This document shows positions 41,814 to 53,800 of a DNA stretch of 64,000 nucleotides, one piece after another; the stretch's first letter is position 1, and the number at the start of each line of letters is the position of its first letter. Where the stretch lies: positions 438,438-502,437 of the forward strand of contig LSRY02000058.1 of assembly GCA_001643675.2 (NCBI GenBank), written 5' to 3'. The notes under the pieces are model-generated. The model had not been told where the DNA came from and did not search any database. It saw nothing but the letters and a program-made list of their open reading frames with translations. The DNA comes from Monocercomonoides exilis PA203 (lineage: Eukaryota > Protista > Preaxostyla). Position numbers and translations under genes: made by a program.

Positions 41814-44800
41814 ATGGTTGTGGCAGTGTCAGGAATATTATATTGTGTGTGGATAATTAGTGTGGGGTGCATGTGCAAGGGTACCACAAGTGATGGAGCA
41901 GGCTTTGGAGAGAATTCAGCGAAAGAAGGAAAATTGGATTATTCTGAAGGCACATGGCCAGAAAAGGCTCAAAACAACAAAATTGGAGATGGCCATTTAT
42001 TTGACACACATATTGAAGGAAAAGAAGGTAGGGTGAGAGAGACCTGGAAAGAAGAGAGAATGATGAAGAAAAATACAAAACAATTGAATGAGAGAAGTGG
42101 AGAGGTTGGGAAAGTCCAAAAATGGGGTTTTTGTGAAGAGTGGAAAATGTGGGGAAAGGAGGGAGTGTGCGGTGGGAGTGGGGTTGAGGGAAGTGTTGTT
42201 GGGGTCAATTCATCATTGCAACTGAATTCATTGGCATTGATAGAAAAAAGTGGGGAGAGTGTGCTCAGGGCATCAGATGGAAGTTTTGTTGAGGTGAGTG
42301 GATGTGTTGTTGGAGTTGAGAGAGAGACATCCCTCTTTGATTTTTGTGGAAGCTGTGGATTGTTCACCAACATTTCCCTCAGATCGTCTTCATCCTCGAC
42401 TGAACAGATATTTCCACCACTTTTCTCTTCAAAAGCAATGGAAGGAGAGATTTCAGAGAAATGCCATGTTTCTGTTTGCTCTTCTCATTTCTCATCTTTT
42501 TACATATCTTCAGCCCCATTTATCTTATCGCGCTTTGTCACTCTTTCCCAATTAGAATTCTTCAACATCTCAACAACTCCATTGAAAACAACACATCCGG
42601 CTGAAGGGTTAAGCCAAATGGCGTTTCTGATGAGTGGATGTGAGTTTGAGTCAGTGTGGGATGTGTATGATGGGGGTATTGTCCCCTCACTGAACAGCCC
42701 CTCATCTTCCCTGGATGCCTCAAATACTTCATTTGTCAGATGCTATCGATCACAGAATATTGCAATCAGCGGGAGTGAGGGGAATCCATCGAAACAAGTG
42801 AGACAGAACGAGACGGACAATGGAACAAATTCATTCACTTGGTGCGAATGGAATGGCTCTAAAACAACTGAAAATAATAATATTCTCAATGATGGGACTT
42901 CAAATGGCGGAGCGATTTGCATGAATAATCTGGCATCGGGAACTCTTTCATTGAAATATTGCTCATTCAACGATTGCTATGCATATGCTTATGGCGGAGG
43001 AATCATGTGCTATAAAATCAGCTCAATCAAGGCTGAAAACAACTCATTCAATGCTTGCACCGCAAAAAATAATGGTGGTGGAATTTTTGCTTACGAAATT
43101 TATTCATGTGTCAGGATCAGCGGGTGCGAGTTCCAGAAATGCACAGCAAAAGAATGTGGAGGAGGCCTTTATCTAACATCTTTTCAGGTTTCTGGATCTT
43201 CATGTATTGGAACAGAAAATGGCAAAGGGGAAAGTGCTTGTGTGTTTGACTGCAGTTTCACTTCATGCTCAGTTACAAATTCGCAAGGTGGGGGCATGTG
43301 TTGTTCCACTGTTCCTGCTGCATTCAAAATGAGGAGCGTTCAGTTTATTTCGTGTTCGGTAGCATCAGATGGCGGAGGATTGGATTTTGATCCATGTCAA
43401 TCAATAGCTCCAAACAACAACATTTATAGTTATTTTCTCTTCTTCCATGATTGCAGGTGCACTAATTCTATTCCACATGGCCATGATGTATTTTTCCAAG
43501 ACGATTGCAATCATTTTTCATCGAATAACCCGTTCTATGAATCGTACACAACTAATAGTGATGATAAAAGAGTGTGCCATTTTTTTTTAAATGGAAGCAG
43601 TTATGTGTATCAGCATACAGAAACGAAGGGTTGGTTGAAGGAAGGTCCAAAGGTTCTATCTGTCGGGGTGAATGGAGACGACTCCAATACTTTGTGTGGG
43701 ATGAGTGAGGCCGCACCATGCAAAACATTGTGGCATATGGTAGGGACTGATTTTGTACGACTATGCTCAAAGATCACAGTACTTGATGGGAAGCATGTGA
43801 GCGAAAAGGAAACAATCAATATTGGGGAAAAGAAGATTTCTGTTTTGGGGAAAGGGAAGACAGTGAGTGTGATTGGAACAGGAGCCCTTTCATCGTCTTC
43901 GACAACGCTGTTTTGCATATCTTCTGGTCAACTGGAGGTGGGGTATGTGGGGATCGATCACAACGCAACAGGAAGTTTATCACCGAGTGTGTTTGTGGTG
44001 TTTGATGGGAGCGGGTCGCTTTCGCTGGAGGATGTGGTGATCGACTCTTCCACATCAGGAGGGAGTGGAATCTCGTCATCTGTGCTTGAAGTGGCGCTGG
44101 GGCAGTTGAAGATGATTGATGTTGAGATCAAAAATATAAAAATGAGTCAACCACTATTTGCTGAACCATCATCAACAGGATCATCATCAGGAGAAAGTAT
44201 GCTTTGTAATTTGACAATTCGGAATGTCAATCGGACAACAGGAGATGGAGTGGTGATGGCAAAGAATGTGAAGGCAGGAGAGACATTTGTGGTGTGGAAC
44301 ACAACAATAGAAGGGTGTGAGTGTGTGAATGGGAATGGGGGAGGGATCAAAGTTGAACTATTATCATCGTCAAGCAAAGCTCTAATTGGAGATTCAACAT
44401 TGCACAGCGGAGGGATAACAGCATTTAATCAATGCAAGAGCAGTGGATGTGGAGGAGGAATATTTCTTTCTCTGGGAGATACAGATGCGAAGTTTGAGTT
44501 ATCAGGAGAATTGATATTTGATAGAAATGAGGCAGAACATGGAAGAAATGCATTTATTTTGGCAACTGATCTGAACAAAACGGTCACAAATGGATCGTTC
44601 AAGTTTGATTATTCCTCAATGATAAATGATAAAACTCTTTTTGTTGGAAGTGATAACTTTCATTTAAACAAGGATTTATTCATGTTTCTGATTCCATACA
44701 GCTCAATTGAGATATTTATCTCATCGAATGGATTTGATGTTGCAAGATGTGGAAGTGAAGAAGAGCCGTGCTTCACAACGTGGAAAGGGATGGAAAACAT

Positions 44801-47800
44801 GGAAAGGGGGAATGGAAATAAAACAATTCAAATTGAAGGATCAACAATTATTCGAGATTCTTTCAATGTTTCCAACTATCAGATCAAAAAGAGTGTAAAG
44901 ATGGGAGAAGAAGATACAAAAGCGATATTGAATTTTGAAAAGGCAATTGGAAATCAACTGGAATATTTCATGGAAAATGATGAGCATCTTGAATTGATGA
45001 ATATCCAACTTCAACTGTCAACTGGATTTGAGAACTCAGCCAAAACGATTATTTCCAACAAAAATGGAGAATTGGTGATAACTGGATGTTCATTCCATTC
45101 AGAGGCTGGAGTTAATAATGGATTTAATTGTGTATTTGTGGATGCGATTGGAGGAACTGTGGAAGTGAATGATTTGTCGATTGAATCATGCAATGTTGGA
45201 AACAGCATATTTGTCATTCATGATTCTGGAATTACTTGCCATTTTGTGAATGTTCGTGTGGATTCATTGAATGAAAGCAGAGGATGTCTTCTTCTGATCA
45301 AAGGAACTGAACTAACAACAAAGATAAATGAAGTGAGTGAGGAAATGAGTCTCAATATTAATAATTCATCATTTTCAGGGGTGAAGAGAAGTGACAATGG
45401 AGCAAGCATTTTGGAGTCAAAGAGTGAGAAAAAGATTTGTTTGATTGTAAATTCGAGCAACATCACCGAAGACAAAGCAGAATCAAGTGAAAAAGGAGGT
45501 GCGATATTCTTCACATTGGGTGCATCAGGATCGATGAAGATGATTAAGTCCGAAGTCAGTCAATGCAGCTGCCCCAATGGGAAAGGAGGAGGAGTGTATT
45601 TGGCAACAAAAGAAACAGGGTTTCTTGATTTCACATTTGTGGGGATGAAATTCAGCGCAAATACAGCAATAGTGGGAAATGACATTTTTATCGAATGTTT
45701 CAACATCACATCCCAGATTAATGAAAGCCAATTCCAGTTTGATCTTCGAGAAGGCCATTACACTCGTTTCAATGCGATATATGGAATTGATCTCTGCGAA
45801 TACACAAGCGATACGAATCTGATTGGATTTGTGACTATCCATCAGAGCGATACGATCATTGTGAGCAGTGTGAATGGGTCGAATGAGAGGCAATGCGGAA
45901 CCAGCACACTTCCGTGTCATTCAATTGATTGTGGATTGATGCATCTGACTTCAGATTTCATAAGTCTGATGTTTGTTGTTGAAGAGAGCGTGATTGGTGA
46001 AGAGGCAAGTCTGAAAGAAATGAGTTTAAGCTCAAAGAATAGAGACTTGTGTGAAGTTGAGGTGGAATCAGGGATTGAAAAAACAAAGAATGCGCTGTTG
46101 ACAACAACTGGAGAAGTGTCATTTGTGAGAGTGAATTTTGTGTTTGATTCGAATTTCATTTCTTCGCATGAATCACTGATGTCGCCAGAAGGAGGAATCC
46201 TTGAGGTGATGAATTGTTCATTCAGCTCAAAACAATCAGCAGAAGAAGGAAATGTTGCTTTTACCATTATTCCATTTCACATTTTCAACATGGCAAAGGG
46301 AGAATTGCAACTTGATGGATGCACAATATCAAATCTCGTGCTTCAAAAATCTGCATTGCATCTTTCTTCTCAACTTCCATCAGTGATTTATTTGTTTGAG
46401 ATCAGCAATTCAACTATTTCTCATTCGCTTGTTGAAATTATTGAATGTGGAAAATTAACAATCAAGAATTTCAACACAGAAAATATCACAGTTGAGGGAA
46501 ATGAAGAATCATTGATATGTTGCCTGTCAATGAAAAAGACGATGCAATTGACAAATTGCACAATAAGTGGAATCAGTTCAAAAATCACGAAAGGAAAATT
46601 GATGAAAATGGAGAATTGTTTGGATGTGAAATTTGATTGTTGCATTTTTGATGGAAGTTCAAAGGAAAGAAATGAGAAGAATTTGAATGAAGGGGAAGAG
46701 ATGTGCAGATGGGATGGATCCCTTGTGGATGTTGTGAAGAGTTCTGTGACGATGAAAGACACAACAATCTCGAATTCACCAGATGGTGGAATAACAATGA
46801 GAGGTGGAAATGTGATTATTGAGAAAGGAGAGTTCATTGACAACAATCCATCAATTGAAGGATATCCATCGCTGAGAAGAAACATCATCTGTTCAGATTC
46901 TGGAACATTGAATGTGATGAGTTTGAAAGGAGGAGATGGAGTTTTGCCAAATTCATCACTTTGGATGTTGGATGAAGGGTGCAGTTTTGAAGGAATTGCT
47001 TCAGAGAGAGAATCATCATTTTTCATTCCAGTATTGGAGAGTGTGGAAGCAAAGGAAGAGACAGATAGAATGAAACTGACATTCAAAGGATTGCTTCTTG
47101 TTCCATGTAATCTGTCATTCTCAGTTGTGAAGAGGAAAGGAGAAGAGAAACATATTGAGCATTATGATTTTGATTCAAATGGGGTTTTGTCAGAAAGAGA
47201 AGCAGAAGGGAGCGTGGCAAAAGATCTCATCAGAAGTTGTGGAGATGAAATAGAAGTGAGTGTGCATGTTTTATTTGGGAATAAAGAATCTCCTTCATCA
47301 ACAACTTCATTCATTCTGAAGAACAAAAGTGAGATTGAGCCAAAAAGAGAAGAAAACATTGTTGAAAGTGGAAAAGGAGGAAAATCTTATTGGATTATCA
47401 TTGTTCTTGTGTTGTCAATGTTATTTTTGATTGTTTTGATTGGATTTATTTTGTTTGTCGTTCGGTGGAGGAAGGCAAAGAGACGAACAGAAGAACTGGA
47501 GGAGATTGTGAATGACACAGTGAAGAAGGATCCGAAGGCATTTGAGATGGTCACGATGGAGATGTCACCAGAAGAGCAGTGGAGGAGAGAGGAGAGAGAG
47601 ACAGAGAAGAAGAACGAAGAGAGGATCAAGAAGAGGGTGTATGATACGAATATGCAACATTCTGAATCATCCGAGCATCTTCTATCTGAGAGTGGTTCGA
47701 CAGAATACATTCTTGGAAAGGATTCGGACAAGATTCCAGAATGGGTATTGGAGAAGGTTGAGGAAGAGGAAATAAGGAAGAGAACACCATCTCCATCGGT

Positions 47801-48707
47801 CTCATCCACTTCAACAACTTCAAATGATTCAGATTCAACATTTGTTCGAGGAGATGATCTGTGCCCCACCACATCATCGATGTCGAATCTGGTGGATGCA
47901 ATGGCCTGCTCATCGCCTCATGAAAAGCTGATTGTGGACTTGAGGGATTCGTTGTTCATGTTGTTGCATGGAAAGAACGAGAAGAAGGAGATGGAAATAG
48001 GCACTCTTCAGGAGAGAGAACAAACAGCAGCCCAAATCCTGTTCTGGGTTGCTAATCTTGCTCTCCACTCCTTTGATGAAATGGAAAACCCTCTTCAATC
48101 TCTTTCCAATCTGAGTCCGCATATTGTGTTGTTCTCAGAACATATGGTCATTTGCATTGTGATGCACTCTGATTTCTCGTCTGATGATGATTCTGATTCA
48201 TCCTCCATCTCTTCGTCAACTGTTGTGACATCAGCCAGTGATGATGATGATGACAGTGACTCTCTTCCTTCATCAGCGTTTGAGGATGATGAATACAACA
48301 GGAAGGAATGCCTGAGGTGGAAGGCGCCAGAGCTGCTGATGAACAAGAAGATGGGTGCAACAAAAGAATCTGTGGCATTCTCGATAGGGATGATGCTGTG
48401 GGAGTGTGTGACACTGGAGATTCCGTTTGGGGAGTATGAGGCAGCGATTGCAGGAGACAAGATTGTTTGTGGGGAGAGGCCGAGGATGGGGGATGAGCAC
48501 TCGACTCTCGAAGAGGTGGTGAAGGGGTGTCTGTCAGGCGAGGAAGGGCTGCGGCCGACATTGGGAGATTTGAAGCGGGAGTTTCTTGGGCACTTTCCGA
48601 AAGAAGTGGTGGTCATGACAGTTTCGGATGCAGTTGCGATTCAGTCTTTGATGTATTGCGAAGCGAATGGACAGGATAATGAGAATAATGAGGATAATGA
48701 AGAATAG
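41814..48707 (+). CDS. Giant receptor-like surface protein (about 2300 aa): Cys/Gly-rich beta-helix-like ectodomain, TM helix and degenerate (TKL-like) kinase C-lobe
   Basis: Hydrophobic N-terminus; GGAI/GGGI and CG..PC repeats; TM YWIIIVLVLSMLFLIVLIGFILFVV followed by RWRK. The tail has LRWKAPELL, AFSIGMMLWE, IPF, GERP and CL..RPT but no GxGxxG, HRD or DFG. Confidence 0.85.
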   Translation: MVVAVSGILYCVWIISVGCMCKGTTSDGAGFGENSAKEGKLDYSEGTWPEKAQNNKIGDGHLFDTHIEGKEGRVRETWKEERMMKKNTKQLNERSGEVGKVQKWGFCEEWKMWGKEGVCGGSGVEGSVVGVNSSLQLNSLALIEKSGESVLRASDGSFVEVSGCVVGVERETSLFDFCGSCGLFTNISLRSSSSSTEQIFPPLFSSKAMEGEISEKCHVSVCSSHFSSFYISSAPFILSRFVTLSQLEFFNISTTPLKTTHPAEGLSQMAFLMSGCEFESVWDVYDGGIVPSLNSPSSSLDASNTSFVRCYRSQNIAISGSEGNPSKQVRQNETDNGTNSFTWCEWNGSKTTENNNILNDGTSNGGAICMNNLASGTLSLKYCSFNDCYAYAYGGGIMCYKISSIKAENNSFNACTAKNNGGGIFAYEIYSCVRISGCEFQKCTAKECGGGLYLTSFQVSGSSCIGTENGKGESACVFDCSFTSCSVTNSQGGGMCCSTVPAAFKMRSVQFISCSVASDGGGLDFDPCQSIAPNNNIYSYFLFFHDCRCTNSIPHGHDVFFQDDCNHFSSNNPFYESYTTNSDDKRVCHFFLNGSSYVYQHTETKGWLKEGPKVLSVGVNGDDSNTLCGMSEAAPCKTLWHMVGTDFVRLCSKITVLDGKHVSEKETINIGEKKISVLGKGKTVSVIGTGALSSSSTTLFCISSGQLEVGYVGIDHNATGSLSPSVFVVFDGSGSLSLEDVVIDSSTSGGSGISSSVLEVALGQLKMIDVEIKNIKMSQPLFAEPSSTGSSSGESMLCNLTIRNVNRTTGDGVVMAKNVKAGETFVVWNTTIEGCECVNGNGGGIKVELLSSSSKALIGDSTLHSGGITAFNQCKSSGCGGGIFLSLGDTDAKFELSGELIFDRNEAEHGRNAFILATDLNKTVTNGSFKFDYSSMINDKTLFVGSDNFHLNKDLFMFLIPYSSIEIFISSNGFDVARCGSEEEPCFTTWKGMENMERGNGNKTIQIEGSTIIRDSFNVSNYQIKKSVKMGEEDTKAILNFEKAIGNQLEYFMENDEHLELMNIQLQLSTGFENSAKTIISNKNGELVITGCSFHSEAGVNNGFNCVFVDAIGGTVEVNDLSIESCNVGNSIFVIHDSGITCHFVNVRVDSLNESRGCLLLIKGTELTTKINEVSEEMSLNINNSSFSGVKRSDNGASILESKSEKKICLIVNSSNITEDKAESSEKGGAIFFTLGASGSMKMIKSEVSQCSCPNGKGGGVYLATKETGFLDFTFVGMKFSANTAIVGNDIFIECFNITSQINESQFQFDLREGHYTRFNAIYGIDLCEYTSDTNLIGFVTIHQSDTIIVSSVNGSNERQCGTSTLPCHSIDCGLMHLTSDFISLMFVVEESVIGEEASLKEMSLSSKNRDLCEVEVESGIEKTKNALLTTTGEVSFVRVNFVFDSNFISSHESLMSPEGGILEVMNCSFSSKQSAEEGNVAFTIIPFHIFNMAKGELQLDGCTISNLVLQKSALHLSSQLPSVIYLFEISNSTISHSLVEIIECGKLTIKNFNTENITVEGNEESLICCLSMKKTMQLTNCTISGISSKITKGKLMKMENCLDVKFDCCIFDGSSKERNEKNLNEGEEMCRWDGSLVDVVKSSVTMKDTTISNSPDGGITMRGGNVIIEKGEFIDNNPSIEGYPSLRRNIICSDSGTLNVMSLKGGDGVLPNSSLWMLDEGCSFEGIASERESSFFIPVLESVEAKEETDRMKLTFKGLLLVPCNLSFSVVKRKGEEKHIEHYDFDSNGVLSEREAEGSVAKDLIRSCGDEIEVSVHVLFGNKESPSSTTSFILKNKSEIEPKREENIVESGKGGKSYWIIIVLVLSMLFLIVLIGFILFVVRWRKAKRRTEELEEIVNDTVKKDPKAFEMVTMEMSPEEQWRREERETEKKNEERIKKRVYDTNMQHSESSEHLLSESGSTEYILGKDSDKIPEWVLEKVEEEEIRKRTPSPSVSSTSTTSNDSDSTFVRGDDLCPTTSSMSNLVDAMACSSPHEKLIVDLRDSLFMLLHGKNEKKEMEIGTLQEREQTAAQILFWVANLALHSFDEMENPLQSLSNLSPHIVLFSEHMVICIVMHSDFSSDDDSDSSSISSSTVVTSASDDDDDSDSLPSSAFEDDEYNRKECLRWKAPELLMNKKMGATKESVAFSIGMMLWECVTLEIPFGEYEAAIAGDKIVCGERPRMGDEHSTLEEVVKGCLSGEEGLRPTLGDLKREFLGHFPKEVVVMTVSDAVAIQSLMYCEANGQDNENNEDNEE

Positions 48708-50151
48708 GGAAGTGCCAGCAGCAGTTGCAGTTTGAAATAGTTTGGAATTGGAATGAAGGCGAGCAGAAAGAGGAAATGGAGGAAATATGGATGAATAAAT
48801 ACGGAAGGAGTTGTTTTTTTGATGAAATGGAAACATCAGAGCAGTCACATTACCAGTGGTTGCTTTGTGGAATTGAAGTTAACCAGTTTTTTATTTTAAA
48901 AAAAAATTTTTTTTTCATTTTTGAGAACGTGTTTTGATTTGTGGGAAAGCCACAAATGAATATTTGTTTTTATTGTGCTTGTTTTTTTTTTCACTAGATT
49001 TTGTCATTCACCAAAACAACTGTTTGTGTTTATCTTTTTTTTCATTTATCAAGCCTTTGTGATTGTATTTCACTTTTGATTGTTAATAGACATGAGTATT
49101 TATTTTCTGTTGTTTTTCATATTTATTCTTTTGATTGATTTTCTAACACCTTTTTGAATGTTTTCACACATGGAGATTATGTTAAACCATTCTTATTTCG
49201 ATTGTTAATCCGATATATATTTACAGTCATCTTCTTGTGTAACTCAAACCATTTTCGTTATTTTTGTCTAACTTTTCAATTTTTGTTTCATTCATTTTTT
49301 ATTGATTGAGTGTTTTTCAGCACGCAACACTAACACAGTTTGAATAGTCAAGTTATTAAGATTTATTTTAAAACACTGAATTTTTTCATCAAAATAGAAA
49401 CGCATCTAATACTGTTCGAAGGTTATCAAAAATTTAAGATTCTTCCATGTGGAAGGATTCCGCGGTTGAGAATAGCTTTTATTTTTTCTATTTTCTTTTT
49501 CAAAATAATCTCGGAATACCCTTTCATATTTTGATAATTAATAATCAAGTTAAAACATAATTCTTTTTTTTCATGTTTATTGTCTGAAATTCGAAATTAT
49601 TGTTTTTGCTAAAATAGGATAAATGAAAAATAATCATACGAATGTCGTCTGTGACAAAAAAGATAAAAAAAAAAAGATGATGTCAAAAGATGAACCACAA
49701 ATACATGATTCAATTATTGGTTAACAATTATAATATTTGATTGAGTCTTTGTGAGTGTGTGTTTTTTTGAAAATGATATTTCCAAATGGAGCTGTTAACG
49801 ATTTTTTGCACAATAAATAACTTTGTGAAAAATCGAAAAATTTCAGAAATGTGACTTTGAGCAAAAACTTGAAAAATTGAATTTTTTTGTGACTAAAACG
49901 TTCATATGTTTACAAACAGCACTCATTTTTTACACTAAGCAATATTTTCAAAGGTTTTTTGGAAGTTTTACAACATAACCCATAATATTTTTTTTGTAAA
50001 AGTGATTTTTTCTAATAAAGTTTAAGATATTTATCAAACAAAAATTTTCATACAAATAATAGAGGAATAACTTCCAAGTTATATATTTTTAGAATGAATT
50101 TCATTTTGAACTTTGGAGAAATGAATGATTTTACTCATTTGAGAATATTAC

Positions 50152-53100
50152 AGGTTAGTTAGATACAAAATTCTGATGTTTTTAATATCCGCAACTGACT
50201 TTAGTATTTTTTCTCATTAAATTTTTCAGATGATTGGAGGATTGTTACATGCGGAAACTTTTTGATTTCGAAGGAGAAACTCTGATGATACAAATGTTGC
50301 TTAAAAAAACAGAAAAAAATGAAAGGAGAACATTGTTATTTCTTGTTTTCAAGTTTGATATTGTTTTCAGTTCTTTATTGAATATTGAGCTGGTATTAAA
50401 ACAAGAAATTGAAAAAAAAATACTGATAGAATTACTCATGAAGCAATGAAAGAATAATTCAATATAACTTTTCATGAACATCATTACAGTTATAAATAAT
50501 TTCTCTCAACTCTTTATTCTTTTGAAATTATCATTCTCACACATCCCATTGACTGAATGCTTTCAACTAATTCATTTCTTCCTAAATTTTCATATATTCA
50601 ACATTTTTCTAATAAACAAAGAATAACACACGAAAAAATTCAAATAGACACTTTCGATGAATATTACGAAAACAATAGAATTTCAAATTCACTCGGAAAT
50701 ACATCATTACAGTTTGCTCTTGATATTATTCAATTTTTGATCGTCATTCATATTTGATTTGAAATATTTTTTCTTTATTCGATTATGTGGAACAATTTTC
50801 ATTTGTTTGTTTCATATGCTGTTTTTCTTTATTTTTCACAAAACAACTTTTTTCATAACTGATATACAAAAAGATTAAAGTGAAGATGTTGTATTATATT
50901 TTTCAAAATCATTTCAACCTGCTATTCATTAAAGAAAGCGAAGTGCTGTTTTGGAAGCCCGTTTCTGAGTTATTTATTATCGTTTTTATCCATTACATAT
51001 CAAAGAAATATAATTTATTCTGATATCTTTCGAATAGTCTAAAAATTTTATAAAAATTGTTTTTTTTTGTCGAAGAAAAATGGTCAAAAAAATATGTAAT
51101 AAAATATTTGCGCTTTCAAAAAATGCCAATGGAAATCGAATTTGGCTCGTTTGTATCAAATACGGTCACTAGTGAAATTTTGAATGAAAATGAAAACTCT
51201 GTGTTTTCAAATGATACTGAAAATTACAATGTTTGTTTTTATTTGATAAAATTTTATTATTTTTATTGTTTTTATATCACAGAGAACTAATGAAGAAAAA
51301 AATTCAAAGGACAAACACGAACAATCCAATAACATTTCAGAAAACGTTTGTTTTTTTCATGAAAAATTAAGAATTTATTGTTTTTATTATATTCAGTCAT
51401 TTTCAACTCCACAAATGCAAATTCGCACACTTTCCGACAATTTCGATGAAAATGAGTTCATCAGAAGGGAAGAAGTGTGCGAAAGAATGATGTCGTTCAT
51501 GAAAGAGTTTCTATCTCCATCACAAAACACTCATCACTGTTCTTCATCTTCAAATTGCACTCCAACTTCTTCAATTCCATCTCTTCAAAAAGTTTCGTTG
51601 CATAAAAAAAGTTCATCAAATAAATTACTCTCTTCAGATTCGACAAGAACACCATCGATAACTCACATTCTTCCTTCAGTAAAATACAGTTCGAAAAAAA
51701 GCAAATCCGACAAATATGACAGGGCCATCGACTATTCAGAATCAGAAGAAATAACAAGTGAAGTTTCTAAGTGCGATGAAAATGATGAAGTGGATGAAAA
51801 TCCTTTGATAGAAGAAGAAGAAACTGATAATGAAGAGAAAAAAATGAAAGAATTATCCGAAAAAGATATTCACGAGATAATTGATAAAACATATGACGCC
51901 GTTGAATATCTGAGAAACGATCATATGTTTCAAGCGGAAAAAGCAGATACCCTTAACAGCTTGTCTTCTCCCTCAAAAACTCCTGCTCGTGCTTCTCCCC
52001 CTTCCACATCCTTCTCCGAACTATTTCAAACATCTTCAACAGATGTATCTCCTAATTCTCTCTCTTCCTCTCTGTCGTCATCGTCCATCATTCCTTCCTC
52101 CTCTCTCTTCTTTCATCCCACTAGAATGGATGAAGCAGTGAGCAGAGTCAGTACGGAAAAAGCGAAAAAATATTTGAACGTTGAATCGATTTGGTCCGAT
52201 GCTACCAAACGAAAACATTCGTGGGCGAACCGCTTGCTGACAATATGGGCTGAAAAAGTGGAAATCGAACCTTGGCCACTGCATCATGAAGCAGCAAGAG
52301 GGTTCGTTTTGTTCTGCGGGAAAGAGTGCCACTACCCTCTTTCCTCCATATGCTACGTCATAATACCTTCTCTAAAAAGAATTAACATCATAAAAAGGGG
52401 AAAAAGATTAAGTTCTAATACTTATCATTCTTTAAGAGATGCTGTGAGATGTCTCAAACACAGCAGTGAAGTGCAAAAAACAGTTACAAAAAAAGAACCT
52501 GCTGTTCTTAAAGATGTCAAAAGAATAGTTCATTTCATTCCCAACACAATGCTCGATAAGGCGCTTGAATCATCTCTTTATCTCGTCGCTGTTCACACAG
52601 GGGCTCGCGCTGTTACACTTTCCAACGTGAAACTGTCAGATATCAAACAAGTTGTGAGATCAAAGGAGAATGGAAAACTGTTATGTACAATCCAGTACAA
52701 CAGAACAAAAGCATCGCACAACTGGGGGCACAAGGTCACAATTGAAGGCGACGAAGATGAAGAAAATGATGACGATCCAGTCTATTGGCTCTCGTTGCAT
52801 GTGTATCAAAAAACAGGAGTTAGACTGTCAGATTGGAACAACGCAAAAGAAAAAGCAAACCTCAATCATCTTGTGTGGCCACTGAGCACAGACAGCATGA
52901 GGGAGCGTTTTAAGAGCAGAGCGGAAGCTGCTGGTTATCCTCGTCATCTGTTCTGCTTCCACTCGCTTCGTAGTGGCTTCATATGCACCGCTCTTATCGC
53001 TGCGAACAAAGACGATGAAACCCAACGAGCAGTCATGGAAAAAACAGCCTTTGTTGCTGGCTGGCAACAGTGTCGACTTTCGCAATGCACTTACATCAAA

Positions 53101-53787
53101 GAAGCCGTGAAGCGAGCCATGGTTGCATCAAGACTTATAACATCCCATGATGATAGCAACCAAACAGTGTTCGATGAAACACTATTGGAGTTGGAAGTGT
53201 TTCATGGTGTTTCTTTTAAGGAAAAAGCGAAAAAAGAGAAAACCACAATGGAGAAGTTTTCGGAGTTCGTGAAAAGAAGAATGAGTGAGTATTATGGAGA
53301 GTTGATTGTGGAGGAAGCGAAAAGAGATAGACACATTAGAAACGGTTCAAAGAAGTAGGTTGAAGAAAATGAAGAGTTGATGATGGTTGCAGAATACAGA
53401 ATGAAAGAATTAAATGATAAGAAAAAAGAAGAACAGAGAAAGACAGACCTATATACTGTTGCTTCGACGATTTCCAACATGTTCATACAAGATCAGCTCC
53501 TTGAACAAGGGAAGACACCAGAAGAAATGGCAACAATATTCTGCGGAATGGCTGAGAGTTGCACATCAAAGGCGCCGGTGAGAAAGAACAAGTTCAAAGT
53601 TGATCGAAAGTCACATTTAACAGTTTATGAGAGAAGAAAGAAAGAGAGAGAAGAAGTGTTGAAAGAGAGAGAAAGAAACGAAAAGAATAACATAAGAAGA
53701 ATCATATGGAGGAAAGAAGATGATGACATACTAGTTAGACTTTATAATGAAGGCGAAAGAGCTACAGACATGATGAAGGCTTTCCCC
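50152..53787 (+). mobile_element. Subtelomeric tyrosine-recombinase element copy 1 (decayed, 3'-truncated)
   Basis: Starts at the telomere-like junction AGGTTAGTTAGATACAAA (50152-50169), the same motif as at copy 2. Contains the YR gene and ends abruptly at a telomeric tract inside the Myb domain. Confidence 0.6.
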
Positions 53788-53790
53788 TAG
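51123..53790 (+). pseudogene. Tyrosine recombinase-Myb fusion gene, copy 1 (introns 51231-51282 and 51346-51396; nonsense TAG at 53356; truncated in the Myb domain)
   Basis: Catalytic set HTGAR (R at 52606), RTK, FHSLRSGF (52960), AGW...TY (Y at 53092). The frame continues past a single TAG into 53377-53790 with IIWRKEDDDILVRLYNEG..DMMKAFP, the first two Myb helices. Two phase-0 GTTTGT..CAG introns join ATG 51123 in frame. Confidence 0.85.
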
Positions 53791-53800
53791 GTTAGGTTAG
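53788..53800 (+). repeat. Interstitial telomere-like tract TAGGTTAGGTTAG
   Basis: Read directly; lies at the junction between the two recombinase modules. Confidence 0.8.

Noticed and set aside
53356-53358. In-frame TAG in recombinase copy 1 as programmed read-through or a TAR=Gln genetic code
   Set aside because: Host genes here end in TAA, TAG and TGA, and the long ORFs have no internal TAR. KK*V resembles EKWV in copy 2, so a TGG->TAG nonsense mutation is the simpler explanation.
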